From sequence record SRR31156797_1568: a DNA stretch of 64,000 nucleotides; one strand, written 5' to 3'. Position numbers and translations under genes: made by a program. This document shows positions 40,690 to 50,556 of the stretch, one piece after another (the stretch's first letter is position 1; every line of letters starts with the position of its first letter). Under the pieces are notes generated by a model. That model was not told the DNA's origin. It saw nothing but the letters and a program-made list of their open reading frames with translations, and did not search any database.

Positions 40690-41774
40690 TCATTCCCCCT
40701 GCTGATAACCATGCTGAATGTACAGCCGGTATGGTTGTTTCTGACTGTTAGGTTTCCGCCGTGCTGTCTGGCGATCTTCGATGCGAGTGGAAGACCAAGC
40801 CCTGTTCCATCTTTGTTAGTGGTGAAAAACGGATCGAATATCTTGTCGATAATCTCTTCCTCTATGCCGTGACCGTTATCGGTTATACTTAATATAATGT
40901 TAGAGTCTGAAACATCTACTGAGAGCTTTAACTCAGCATTGTCTATCTCTTTTGCAGCTTCTAGCCCGTTAATGATTATATTGAGGATAGCCTGTTTGAG
41001 AGAATTTTTGTCACCGGATATAAGCACGCCTTCTGATGCAGAAGTGTCATAGATGATTTTCACCCTGTGCTTCCTTGAGGCTAGGTTGATAAGCTCTTTC
41101 AGCTCTGATATGAATAGTGACAGTTCGAACTGGGATTTTTCGTCTGAGCCGAAGCGTGAGTATTGGAGGAAGTTAGTTATAAACTCATTAAGGTTATTGA
41201 TCTCTGTGCTGAGGATATCCATCACCTGATCATTCCCTTTTCCCGACCGGATGAGTGATATGCCTGATTTGATAGCGGCGAGTGGATTGCGTATCTCGTG
41301 TGCTATCCCCGCCGATAGCTGACCTATCTCTTTCAGCCTGTTGTCGTGGGCAACTTTTCTTTCAAGCTCAATCATCTCCCTTGAGACCTGCTCAACTTTT
41401 CTCTTTTCGCGTCTGAGCCTGTCGCTCAGTGCGCCAGCGAGTATGCCGACAGCGTAAACCATCGATACCTCAACGAGTGAAGGCATGATGTAATGAGGAA
41501 AATCCAGATTTATTATGTGTATGTAAGCGGATGGGCTGTATATAACAGTTAGGATTATCGAAAGTATCAGCCCGCCCCATATGCCGTATCTGTAGGCAGT
41601 GTAAATAACTATTATATAAAAAGCATAATAGTGAGAGATATGTACAACAGTGTGATGCCTAGGCACACCGTAGTGGAAATAAGTGACAATGAGGGTTGAT
41701 ATAACTATAACTGATATACTGAAAGTGTGATTTTTCAGGTCATATAGCCCCTTGATGTTCATTTTCTTGACCAC
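40686..41774 (-). CDS. Membrane sensor histidine kinase with His-rich TM region
   Basis: AHEIRNPL, DNGHG, GTGLGL; HYGVPRHH..VHISHYY. Confidence 0.9.
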   Translation of the reverse strand: MVKKMNIKGLYDLKNHTFSISVIVISTLIVTYFHYGVPRHHTVVHISHYYAFYIIVIYTAYRYGIWGGLILSIILTVIYSPSAYIHIINLDFPHYIMPSLVEVSMVYAVGILAGALSDRLRREKRKVEQVSREMIELERKVAHDNRLKEIGQLSAGIAHEIRNPLAAIKSGISLIRSGKGNDQVMDILSTEINNLNEFITNFLQYSRFGSDEKSQFELSLFISELKELINLASRKHRVKIIYDTSASEGVLISGDKNSLKQAILNIIINGLEAAKEIDNAELKLSVDVSDSNIILSITDNGHGIEEEIIDKIFDPFFTTNKDGTGLGLPLASKIARQHGGNLTVRNNHTGCTFSMVISRGNE

Positions 41775-42429
41775 AAATAAAACCGTCCTTCATCTCTATT
41801 ACCCTGTCAGCATAGGTTGTGTATTCTAATGCGTGCGTGACCATGACAACAGAGAGGCTGCTTGAATTTAATTCTTTTAATAATTCTATAATATCTTTAC
41901 CAGTTTTAATATCAAGACTTCCTGTTGGTTCATCTGCAAAAAGGTATTTCGGACTTTTTACCAGTGCGCGGGCTATAGAAACTCTCTGCTGTTCCCCTCC
42001 GGAGAGTTTGCCGGGGAGCCTGTTCTCTTTGCCTGAAAGCCCGACACGTTCTATGATCTCCATAGCCTGATGTTTAGTTCTCTTGCTCACAGGTGAAAGC
42101 CCAGAGAGATATGGGAGCAGAACATTCTCTAAAACGGTAAGATATGGCAACAGGTGAAATGACTGAAAAACAACAGAAAAATCATTCTGCCTTATCTTGT
42201 TAATCTCTCTTGAAGTAGCCGTTTCGAGGTTTAAACCTTCGTATACGATACTCCCTGAGTCTGGGCGTAAAAGGGTGCTCAGAATATTTAGGAGAGTGCT
42301 CTTACCGGAACCTGACCTGCCAACGATGCAGGTAAAGTCCCCTTTATTTATATCTATCGTCACACCCTTTAAAACGCTGGTAGTTGTTTCTGAAATGAAA
42401 GATTTTTTTATATCTATAGCTGATAGCAT
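41740..42429 (-). CDS. ABC transporter ATP-binding protein (LolD/MacB type)
   Basis: GRSGSGKST, LSGGEQQRV, ADEPTG, VTH. Confidence 0.93.
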   Translation of the reverse strand: MLSAIDIKKSFISETTTSVLKGVTIDINKGDFTCIVGRSGSGKSTLLNILSTLLRPDSGSIVYEGLNLETATSREINKIRQNDFSVVFQSFHLLPYLTVLENVLLPYLSGLSPVSKRTKHQAMEIIERVGLSGKENRLPGKLSGGEQQRVSIARALVKSPKYLFADEPTGSLDIKTGKDIIELLKELNSSSLSVVMVTHALEYTTYADRVIEMKDGFICGQENEHQGAI

Positions 42430-42439
42430 TTAATTCTCC

Positions 42440-43603
42440 TTAAATCTGACTGAAAACATCTGTCGGCTGAACCTTAGTAGCTTTAAGTGCTGGCACAGCA
42501 GAGGAAAGTACAGAGAGGACTCCGACAAAAAGTGCAGAGATGAGCATAAGCTCCGGACTGAAAACTATCTGTCCTGCACCCTCTATGTCTAATCTACTGA
42601 GGAGTTCTGAGCTGCTGAAATATCCTCCGATATAGCCAGTTATACCTGATGTAATGCCTATGAGCAGTGCTTCAAATCCAAAAATTATGAATATCTTGCT
42701 ACCGGAGTAGCCCACAGCTCTGAGGAGCCCGATCTCTTTTTTACGCTCATTAACAGCGGCTAGCATAAACATCGAAAGCATGAAGCATGCGATAACAAGG
42801 ATGACGCCGCTCACAAGGAGGACTAAGCGCTTAACATAGTTTATAGTGCTCATCCGCTGTTTGACGATATTCTGCAATGCATTAATATCTGTGTTAGGCA
42901 GTTTTGTCTGTATCTGGCTTACGATATCGTCGATGGGGCAACCGGAACAGAGAGCAGCAACCTCAATAAAATTGATCATGTCTTGTTTATTCGTGAGTGT
43001 CTGTAAGGTGTGCAAGTCAGCAAAGATCATGTTGTCGTCGTCTGTTCCAGTCTTATTAATAATGCCGGTTATGGTGATGTTACCGTTACCAATTTGGATA
43101 TTTGTGTGTGGAGTTATACCTAGTAGCTTTGCTGCCCGATTTCCTATGATAGCTTCTTCGGGCTTTGACGGCATTAACCCATCTACAGACCAATAGCTCT
43201 TGATACGCTTTTCTTGGCTCCAGATCACGCCTGTTACTGCCACAGGCTTATCGTTATACTTAGTCATGGTCACCAGTTTCGGTGCGACCGTACTTATATT
43301 CTCGTTATTTTTGATACTGTGTATCGTATCAACGGTCTCACTCTCTTTAAGGTATTTTACCTGATAGGAGAGATTACCCATTGAAAAACCACCATAGCTG
43401 ACGTTCAGAGATTCTGATTTCGGGTAAACAAGTATGTTAGCCCCGAACTGAGTCATCTTCTTCTCCAGCGAGTGACCGATGGTTTCAGAGACGTTATAGA
43501 GCATCACTACTGAGAGAATTCCAACTGTGAAAACAGCTACCAGTATGCTCGTACGCAGGAATTTTCTTTTAAGGTTCCTTATGGGTAATGTAAATATATT
43601 CAT
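42440..43603 (-). CDS. ABC permease (FtsX/MacB type) with CSGC motif
   Basis: ERKKEIGLLRAVG, 4 TM helices, periplasmic ALCSGCP. Confidence 0.88.
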   Translation of the reverse strand: MNIFTLPIRNLKRKFLRTSILVAVFTVGILSVVMLYNVSETIGHSLEKKMTQFGANILVYPKSESLNVSYGGFSMGNLSYQVKYLKESETVDTIHSIKNNENISTVAPKLVTMTKYNDKPVAVTGVIWSQEKRIKSYWSVDGLMPSKPEEAIIGNRAAKLLGITPHTNIQIGNGNITITGIINKTGTDDDNMIFADLHTLQTLTNKQDMINFIEVAALCSGCPIDDIVSQIQTKLPNTDINALQNIVKQRMSTINYVKRLVLLVSGVILVIACFMLSMFMLAAVNERKKEIGLLRAVGYSGSKIFIIFGFEALLIGITSGITGYIGGYFSSSELLSRLDIEGAGQIVFSPELMLISALFVGVLSVLSSAVPALKATKVQPTDVFSQI

Positions 43604-43613
43604 GTTTATCCCG

Positions 43614-44054
43614 TTAGAAGTATTTGTGGCCAGAAGCTATATCTTTCATAGTTATCTCTATATTGCTATCTGTAGGTTTTCTGTTTAGAGGCGAAGGGTT
43701 ACATCCGCCTTTAACAATATTTATTTTACTAGAGTGAAACCTCTGACCACAATTGTTGCAAATCATGAATTGACCATCTTGAGAATAGCCTTTCTTTTCA
43801 AGGTAGCAGACGTCACAAGCGTCGAAAGCGGCTCTGATTATTCCGTCTGAGGATTTCAGCAGAAAGAATTTTATCTCTTTCCCGCCTGAAGTCACTTTAT
43901 AATAGTGGGCCTGACCATCGCTTACCTCATTTATCGGGATCTGGAGTTTTCCGTTTTCCGGCACCAGCTTTGTGTATTTGTCTTTGACTCCGCCGCAAGC
44001 TGTTATGATAAAAATTGCGGTTATAAATAAAAATATCTTTGATACTGTTCTCAT
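43614..44054 (-). CDS. DUF2318-type Cys-rich (Fe-S/metal) lipoprotein
   Basis: Lipobox ITAC; DACDVC, CNNC, GGCNP. Confidence 0.85.
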   Translation of the reverse strand: MRTVSKIFLFITAIFIITACGGVKDKYTKLVPENGKLQIPINEVSDGQAHYYKVTSGGKEIKFFLLKSSDGIIRAAFDACDVCYLEKKGYSQDGQFMICNNCGQRFHSSKINIVKGGCNPSPLNRKPTDSNIEITMKDIASGHKYF

Positions 44055-44084
44055 ATTTTCCTCCGTATTACTTCTGTGGTATAC

Positions 44085-44099
44085 GCAATACGGATGCCA
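44085..44099 (-). promoter_or_regulatory. Sigma54 -24/-12 promoter
   Basis: Minus strand TGGCATCCGTATTGC (GG-N10-GC). Confidence 0.85.
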
Positions 44100-44150
44100 T
44101 TTTATAAGTTGTTTATAAATAAAGGATGTGTGTTTATAGATTTAAAAAAG

Positions 44151-44199
44151 TGGAGAATATTCTACAGCCCTGGATGGTGGCAGTGTAGAATATCCTACA
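44151..44199. promoter_or_regulatory. Tandem palindromic enhancer (UAS) sites
   Basis: TGGAGAATATTCTACA (44151-44166) and TGTAGAATATCCTACA (44184-44199); each is one mismatch from the palindrome TGTAGAATATTCTACA. Confidence 0.75.
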
Positions 44200-44225
44200 G
44201 TAGAAATCACCTGCATGTATAATAA

Positions 44226-44253
44226 AAAAAGCCCACCTTTTACAGCGGGCTTT
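44226..44253 (-). terminator. Terminator after pheT; copy 2 of the 28-bp inverted repeat pair
   Basis: Exact reverse complement of 39331-39358. Confidence 0.8.
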
Positions 44254-44274
44254 ATTAGTTATAATAGGTGTTAT

Positions 44275-46644
44275 TTAGCGCAATTGTGCGTTGTGCTCTT
44301 TTACGAGATTATCGATCATCTTCTGCAGAATCTCGTTAGTCTCTTCGTCTGTGAGTGTACGATCTGCGGCTGTGAAAAGCACTCTGAAAGTACGGCTCGC
44401 CTGTCCTTCATCAATACCTGTACCTGAGTATATATCAAAGAGGAAAGCGTCCTCTGCGAGCTTGCTTGTGGACTTGATAGTCTCGATAAGCTTCTCATTA
44501 GGCGTTGTGTTATCAACCACAACTGAGATGTCTTTGTATATTGACGGGAATTTACTGAAAGCCTCAAATTTGTATGAGAATGAAGCGTTAGCAACGAAGC
44601 TCTCCATGTCTATCTCGAAAAGTGTCACACGCTCACGAAGCTCTGCATCCCCCGCTGTGGAAGGGTGAAGCTCACCGATAAAGCCGATGTTTACTCCGTT
44701 AACGATAACGTCAGCAGACTTGCCGGGGTGTAGAAAAGCCTTTTCGTTTTTAATAAAAGTTGCTTCTATTTTATACTGTGAAAGTAAGTTTTCAAGAACA
44801 CCTTTAAGCATGAAGAAAGGCTCTGCTGAACCTTTTGCAGCCCAGCTCATAGGCCAGAATTCACCGGCTACAGCGCAAGCTAGCTTAAGCTTCTGCTCTG
44901 GGAGTTTGTCGTCAGACTTAACAAAGTTAGTGGCGAATTCGAAAAAGCGGCACTGCTTGATACCGTTGTTAAGGTTATACTTAATAGTTGAGAGAAGCCC
45001 GGGGAATACCTGAGTTCTCATAGTGTTCATATCTTCAGAGATAGGGTTCATAAGTTTTACAAACTTTGACTCGTCATCGAAAAGTTTGAGGAAATCATCC
45101 TTCATGAATGAGTAGTTCACAGCTTCATTAAAGCCCATAGTTTTAAGTTTCTGAGCGAGCACTTTACGAGTTTCAAGCTCTGGCGCCATAGGCATAGAAT
45201 CAGCATCGATCTTCGGCAGTGTCACAGGGATGTTGTCGTAGCCGTACATTCTAGCCACTTCCTCTGCGATGTCCTGACGAGTCTTGATATCGACTCTGTA
45301 TGATGGTGCAGTGATTGTGATGTCTGCGCCGTTGATAACCGGCTGTAAGTTTAACCCGGTTAAAATCTGGACAATCTGCTCGATGGAGACGTCAGTACCG
45401 AGGTAGCTGTTAATCCAGTCAGCATTAACTGTGAAAGTGTGTTCCGCAGGGTCGTTAAACTCTCCGAGAACACCTTTGCAAACCTTACCGCCGCAAAGTT
45501 CCTGAAGGAGATATGCAGCATATTCGCACATCTCTTTGGTGTTTACAGGGTCGATTCCTCTTTCGTATCTATAGGATGCATCTGTCTGCATGCCAAGTTT
45601 TCTCGCTGTCATACGTGTCTGTTTCGGCTCGAAGTAAGCACACTCAAGGAAGACGTCTTTAGTGTCATCAGATATTCCTGAGTGCTCTCCGCCCATAACA
45701 CCAGCTACGGCAAGGGATTTCTTTTCATCAGTGATAAGGAGCATAGAGTCGTTGAACTCACGCTCTTTCTCATCAAGAGTGAGAAGCTTTTCACCATTTT
45801 CAGCGTTTCGTATGATGATTTTGCCGTCGATCTCTTTCAGGTCGAAAGTGTGAAGCGGCTGACCATATTCGAAAAGTACATAGTTTGTAATATCTACGAC
45901 GTTGCTGATCGGGCGCACACCAACTGCACGGAGCCTGTTCTGCATCCAGAGTGGTGAAGGTTTGATCGTAACGTCTTTGATTATCCGTCCGAGGTAAGTT
46001 GGACATGCATCTTTATTCTTTATCTCGACTCCGCCGTAGTTGCTAGCTTCGTCGTCTGTTTCGTTGATAGTATATTCGTTTGTTTTTAGCTCACGGTTGT
46101 AAAGCGCTGCGATCTCACGGGCGTAGCCGATGATGCTCAGGCAGTCCGCACGGTTAGGTGTGATGCCGATTTCGAGCACTGTATCCGGCAGACCGAAAAG
46201 CTCATTTACAGGCATGCCAAGCTCAAGTGATTCGTCGAGGATCATAATACCGTCGTGGTCGTCAGAAAGTCCGATTTCATCCTCAGCGCAGATCATACCG
46301 AAGGACTCTAGTCCCCTGATCTTAGCTTTTTTGATTTTGAAATCTCCAGGAAGCAGAGCACCGACCTTAGCGAAGACAACTGTCTGACCAGCCGCAACAT
46401 TAGGTGCGCCACATACAACCTGATGTGTCTCTGTTCCGTCAAATACCTGACAGAGTGAGAGTTTGTCAGCGTCCGGGTGTTTCCCGCATTCGGTCACCTT
46501 GGCGACAACTACTTCATCTAAAGAGGCAAGCCTCTCTACTGCATCAACCTCAAGACCGCACATGGTGAGCTTTTCAGCTATATCGTTCGGGTCGAGGTCT
46601 GTTACGTCTACGAATTTATTTAACCAGTTAATACTTACTTTCAT
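44275..46644 (-). CDS. pheT: Phenylalanine-tRNA ligase beta subunit
   Basis: HPDADKL, VCGAPN, ITPNRADCLS, RYERG, EEVARMYGY. Confidence 0.97.
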   Translation of the reverse strand: MKVSINWLNKFVDVTDLDPNDIAEKLTMCGLEVDAVERLASLDEVVVAKVTECGKHPDADKLSLCQVFDGTETHQVVCGAPNVAAGQTVVFAKVGALLPGDFKIKKAKIRGLESFGMICAEDEIGLSDDHDGIMILDESLELGMPVNELFGLPDTVLEIGITPNRADCLSIIGYAREIAALYNRELKTNEYTINETDDEASNYGGVEIKNKDACPTYLGRIIKDVTIKPSPLWMQNRLRAVGVRPISNVVDITNYVLFEYGQPLHTFDLKEIDGKIIIRNAENGEKLLTLDEKEREFNDSMLLITDEKKSLAVAGVMGGEHSGISDDTKDVFLECAYFEPKQTRMTARKLGMQTDASYRYERGIDPVNTKEMCEYAAYLLQELCGGKVCKGVLGEFNDPAEHTFTVNADWINSYLGTDVSIEQIVQILTGLNLQPVINGADITITAPSYRVDIKTRQDIAEEVARMYGYDNIPVTLPKIDADSMPMAPELETRKVLAQKLKTMGFNEAVNYSFMKDDFLKLFDDESKFVKLMNPISEDMNTMRTQVFPGLLSTIKYNLNNGIKQCRFFEFATNFVKSDDKLPEQKLKLACAVAGEFWPMSWAAKGSAEPFFMLKGVLENLLSQYKIEATFIKNEKAFLHPGKSADVIVNGVNIGFIGELHPSTAGDAELRERVTLFEIDMESFVANASFSYKFEAFSKFPSIYKDISVVVDNTTPNEKLIETIKSTSKLAEDAFLFDIYSGTGIDEGQASRTFRVLFTAADRTLTDEETNEILQKMIDNLVKEHNAQLR

Positions 46645-46654
46645 GTTATACCCC

Positions 46655-47668
46655 TTAGAATTGCCTTAAGAATTTGAGGTTGTTCTCAAAGAACGAGCGA
46701 AGATCACCTATGCCGTATTTCAGCATTGCGATACGCTCAATCCCCATACCAAAGGCGAATCCTGAGTAAACGCCGGCATCATAGCCTGCGTGGCGGTAAA
46801 GCTCGTCGTTACACATACCGGAACCGAGAATCTCAAGCCAGCCAGTGCCGGAGCAGACTCTACAGCCTTTCTGACCACAGATTACACAACCCATATCAAC
46901 CTCTGCACTAGGCTCGGTAAAAGGGAAGAAACTAGGGCGGAAACGCACATTTACGTCGCTTCCGAACATTCTGTGGATGAAGGTAATGAGCGTACCTTTG
47001 AGGTCTGAGAAGGTTACGTTCTTATCAACGAGAAGCCCTTCAACCTGATGAAACATAGGTGTATGTGTGATGTCGTAGTCGCATCTGTACACTTTACCCG
47101 GTGCGATGATCTTTATTGGCGGAGTTTTAGTCTCCATCATCCTAGCCTGCACAGGGGATGTGTGTGTACGAAGGAGCACCTCATCTGAGAAGTAAAATGT
47201 ATCCTGCATATCACGGGCAGGGTGTTCCTGCGGAATGTTCAGCATTTCAAAGTTATATTTGTCGAGCTCGACCTCTGGACCGACTGCAACTTCGAATCCC
47301 ATAGATGTGAAAATGTCGCATATTTCATAGTAAACGGACATGATAGGGTGCTGTGAGCCGGTGTGCATCGGGAAGCCTTCCATTGTTATGTCGAGTGCTT
47401 CCTTCTCAAGCTTAGCGTCAAGCTCCGCCTTAGAGATGCTCGCCTCCTTCTCATTAAGAAGAGACTCAAAAGCATTTCTTAGTTCGCCTATTTTCATACC
47501 GAATTCTTTCTTCTGATCGTTTGGGACGTCTTTCAGCTGTTTGTTCATGCCGCTGATAAGACCTTTTTTACCCAGGTATTTTACCTTTATCTGGTAAAGT
47601 TCGTCTGAGGTTTTAGCAGATTCTATTTCCTGCTCGTAACCTTGGATACTGCTTACGTCTATTTCCAC
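46655..47668 (-). CDS. pheS: Phenylalanine-tRNA ligase alpha subunit
   Basis: HPARDMQDTF, LRTHTSPVQ, FPFTEPS, GFAFGMGIER; GTG 47668 after GGAG. Confidence 0.96.
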   Translation of the reverse strand: MEIDVSSIQGYEQEIESAKTSDELYQIKVKYLGKKGLISGMNKQLKDVPNDQKKEFGMKIGELRNAFESLLNEKEASISKAELDAKLEKEALDITMEGFPMHTGSQHPIMSVYYEICDIFTSMGFEVAVGPEVELDKYNFEMLNIPQEHPARDMQDTFYFSDEVLLRTHTSPVQARMMETKTPPIKIIAPGKVYRCDYDITHTPMFHQVEGLLVDKNVTFSDLKGTLITFIHRMFGSDVNVRFRPSFFPFTEPSAEVDMGCVICGQKGCRVCSGTGWLEILGSGMCNDELYRHAGYDAGVYSGFAFGMGIERIAMLKYGIGDLRSFFENNLKFLRQF

Positions 47669-47978
47669 GTGAAAACTCCGTCTGGTTTGATTTTCTGAAT
47701 ATAACGTTTTACTTGAATAGCCGGTGATATACAACAAGTAATTAAGATAATTAGAGTATTTGTAGGTGTTTTTAGGCTGTTTGTTTGGTTATGCTTAACA
47801 TGAGTAACGTATTTACTGTTTAATCGGCGTTTAGAAGAGAGTGGTGCTGAGATTTATGTCTGGTAGAAATCTGTTTTTCGTATGAGCATTAATGACTTGT
47901 TTGTATGTAAAGTTTGGTGTTTGATATCCTCCATATTTCCTACACAATTAAAACATAATTTCTATGCCTATCAATATG

Positions 47979-48005
47979 TTAAGTAATTGCTTATGCCTCC
48001 GATAT
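47979..48005 (+). promoter_or_regulatory. Possible sigma28 (FliA) promoter
   Basis: TTAAG-N14-TCCGATAT. Confidence 0.5.
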
Positions 48006-48041
48006 GTCATGCATGCAAAGAATGCTGACAAGGAGGTCGAC

Positions 48042-48473
48042 ATGAGTATATCGTCAATAGGTATGTCCTATTCGCAACTTCAGAGCACATCAGGGTTGAC
48101 CATCAAAGGCCAAGATAATGGTAACTCTGAAGAAAAATCTGATTCTTCCGTCAAGAATACCGGAAGCATGGATACCGTCTCACTAACAGAGGAAGCATCT
48201 CAGTCTTATGAAATAGGCGGAGATAGCGTCACAAAAGCAGAGTTTAATAAGTATGATACTGATGGTGACGGTGAAATCAGCAGTACGGAACAGGCAGCTT
48301 ATGAAGCTGATCAGGCGGATGCTGTTGAAGAAGAGGATGCTGACATGGCTCTTTTAGAAGCTATGGAAGAATCACAGGACGAAGATTCTGAAGAATCAGC
48401 AGCTATGTATTCCGCTTACGGAAATTTAAGTTTCAGAAGTGAATCTGGTTCAGCGATTAACGCAACAGCCTAG
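48042..48473 (+). CDS. Acidic EF-hand protein
   Basis: RBS AGGAGG before ATG 48042; canonical loop DTDGDGEISSTE. Confidence 0.75.
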   Translation: MSISSIGMSYSQLQSTSGLTIKGQDNGNSEEKSDSSVKNTGSMDTVSLTEEASQSYEIGGDSVTKAEFNKYDTDGDGEISSTEQAAYEADQADAVEEEDADMALLEAMEESQDEDSEESAAMYSAYGNLSFRSESGSAINATA

Positions 48474-48501
48474 TTAACTACCATTGACTTCGGCAAAGTT
48501 T

Positions 48502-48531
48502 AAAGGGGCAGCATGTGGCTACCCCTTTTTT
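48502..48531. terminator. Terminator between convergent genes
   Basis: AAAGGGGCAGC-atgtg-GCTACCCCTTTTTT. Confidence 0.75.
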
Positions 48532-48548
48532 ATTGTTTAGATTTATGA

Positions 48549-49799
48549 TTAATAGAATTTAAGCTCGTCTATCCAGAACATTACATTGTCTCTCAGATCG
48601 ACCTCGTTTAAGTCCTGAGGTAGAGAGAAGAATACGAGATCTATTAACTCAAAAGTGAATTCCTTATCCCCATGCTTAAAGTTACCAGCCTTTACGCCAG
48701 ACGGAACAAGTTCAGCAATTTTTATATCGTACTTGCGCCAATTTGTACCTACTGAGAATGGTCTAGCCCACTTCCCTCTGCTGTTAGGCTCACCTTCGAC
48801 ACCTGCATCAGCCATAAGGAACCCGGCAATTATCTCTTTGTTCGATTTTGCATAGAATGTTACTCCAGTGAAGCTGGAAACATCCCTAAGCACCTTATTC
48901 ACCATCACTGACCGAGGTATTCTTTTGTCAGCTTTAAGTCTGAGGCTCGCTTTTGTTCCGTTTGCACCAGTGTTGAAATCAGGAGTAACAAATCCTCCTG
49001 CAAAAAGAGCCTTACCTATTACCCAGCCCTTTTCTGTTCCATTTTCAAATGAGCCGAGTTCTTTTTCAGTTGAACGGATGTCATATTTATTAGTGATTTG
49101 AGAGCATTTATACTGTTTATTTATCACTCCCATAACCTTACTTGTAGCAACTTCTATAGCTTTTATATTAAAGATGCAGCTTCCACCAGCTTTGATCATG
49201 TCACCAGAAAGGAGGATTTCAGCCTTGAGAAGTTTTCCCACGAAAGATGCCTGATGAGGGTCTGTTAAACCGGAAAGCTCAAGCTTGTGCTCTTGCAGGA
49301 TAGCGGAGAGCCTTTCTCTTTCAACTACAACGTAATTGCCTGAGTTTGAGAGCCTGGCTTTAAGTTCAAGAAAGGATATATTCCCTGTGGTTTTATTGCT
49401 TCTCCCTTTTACATTAAGGTCTGAAACGATCATAGTCTTTTTAGGTATATACAATTTTAGGTTTTGTTTTGGGGTAAATGTTTGCGCACCCTGAATAATG
49501 ATTGTGTTTCCTCTGCGCTCTTTAACGTAGAATTCTTTCCCGGCGATTTTAGTTTTTGAACCATCTGTGAGATAGGTAATGTTCTGAACCTCTGCAGCTA
49601 AAACTCTTTCTATATCATTGCCGTGATAGTCGTCTATAGGTTGAACTATTAAAACCGTTTGTTCAGAGCTAGAGCTCACGACTGTTGCATTTAAAAACAT
49701 TGTCTGTGTAGGTGCTGATTTTTTCATCCCCATGTTTGTTCCAGCACATCCAAATAGTGAAATAGTCAGAAGAATTGTGATTAATGACCTAAATAACAT
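48549..49799 (-). CDS. Lipoprotein with CsgG/FlgO-like domain and C-terminal CBM11/CIA30-like domain
   Basis: Lipobox LFGC; VVERERL..IL.E..L..SGL...GKLL.A; C-terminal F.G..FYAK...W..Y.I...FWIDELKFY. Confidence 0.65.
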   Translation of the reverse strand: MLFRSLITILLTISLFGCAGTNMGMKKSAPTQTMFLNATVVSSSSEQTVLIVQPIDDYHGNDIERVLAAEVQNITYLTDGSKTKIAGKEFYVKERRGNTIIIQGAQTFTPKQNLKLYIPKKTMIVSDLNVKGRSNKTTGNISFLELKARLSNSGNYVVVERERLSAILQEHKLELSGLTDPHQASFVGKLLKAEILLSGDMIKAGGSCIFNIKAIEVATSKVMGVINKQYKCSQITNKYDIRSTEKELGSFENGTEKGWVIGKALFAGGFVTPDFNTGANGTKASLRLKADKRIPRSVMVNKVLRDVSSFTGVTFYAKSNKEIIAGFLMADAGVEGEPNSRGKWARPFSVGTNWRKYDIKIAELVPSGVKAGNFKHGDKEFTFELIDLVFFSLPQDLNEVDLRDNVMFWIDELKFY

Positions 49800-49937
49800 A
49801 ATAAACCTCTATTATTTAATAGGTTAAGCTTACACTGAAAGATTTAATGTGTACATGCGAATGTTATGCTTATAACTTTGGTCACAGTTAGCGACAGAAT
49901 GAAGCTATGAAATAAAATTAAGGTTATTACTGGAAAC

Positions 49938-49966
49938 AAAAAAGGCGACCCGTTAAGATCGCCTTT
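49938..49966 (-). terminator. Terminator after rplT
   Basis: Minus strand AAAGGCGATC-ttaacg-GGTCGCCTTTTTT. Confidence 0.8.
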
Positions 49967-49975
49967 AATGATAAT

Positions 49976-50323
49976 TTAGCCTTTAACCTGCTTGCAGAGT
50001 TGCTCGAACTCAGCAGGGTGATTGATAGCCATATCTGAGAGGATTTTTCTGTCCACTTCAATACCACTTTTCTTAAGGCCACCCATGAAAACACTGTAGC
50101 TAAGACCGTGTTGACGTACAGCTGCGTTGATACGGATGATCCACAGCTTTCTGTAATCACGCTTCTTTTGCTTTCTGCCCACATAGGCAGTTTCCAGAGA
50201 TCTTTCGACTTGCTCACGTGTCTTTTTATACACGTTGTTAATCTGACCTCTGTACCCCTTGGCTTTTTTCAGCCATTCCTTTCTTCTTCTGCGGGTTTTA
50301 TACCCACCTTTCGCTCTTGGCAT
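49976..50323 (-). CDS. rplT: 50S ribosomal protein L20
   Basis: [26 protein letters not shown]. Confidence 0.97.
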   Translation of the reverse strand: MPRAKGGYKTRRRRKEWLKKAKGYRGQINNVYKKTREQVERSLETAYVGRKQKKRDYRKLWIIRINAAVRQHGLSYSVFMGGLKKSGIEVDRKILSDMAINHPAEFEQLCKQVKG

Positions 50324-50341
50324 ATTCTTTCTCCTTCCTTG

Positions 50342-50539
50342 TTACGCGTACGGCATCATTTTTTTGATGTTCGCCGCGTCTTGACCTTGAAGGATGCTAG
50401 GGTGGCGCAGAGCGCGCTTGCGTTTAGTAGTCTTTGAGGTGAGGATGTGCCTCAGACCGCTTTTTTTCGCTTTTACTTTTCCGCTTCCAGTGATTTTAAA
50501 TCTCTTGGCGGAACCCTTATGGGTTTTCATTTTCGGCAT
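50342..50539 (-). CDS. rpmI: 50S ribosomal protein L35
   Basis: MPKMKTHKGSAKRFK..GSGK, HILTSK. Confidence 0.97.
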   Translation of the reverse strand: MPKMKTHKGSAKRFKITGSGKVKAKKSGLRHILTSKTTKRKRALRHPSILQGQDAANIKKMMPYA

Positions 50540-50556
50540 TCGAAAACTCCTTAAAA

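Noticed and set aside
47669-47960. pheS attenuator peptide or T-box
   Set aside because: No Phe-rich leader ORF or T-box motif recognised.
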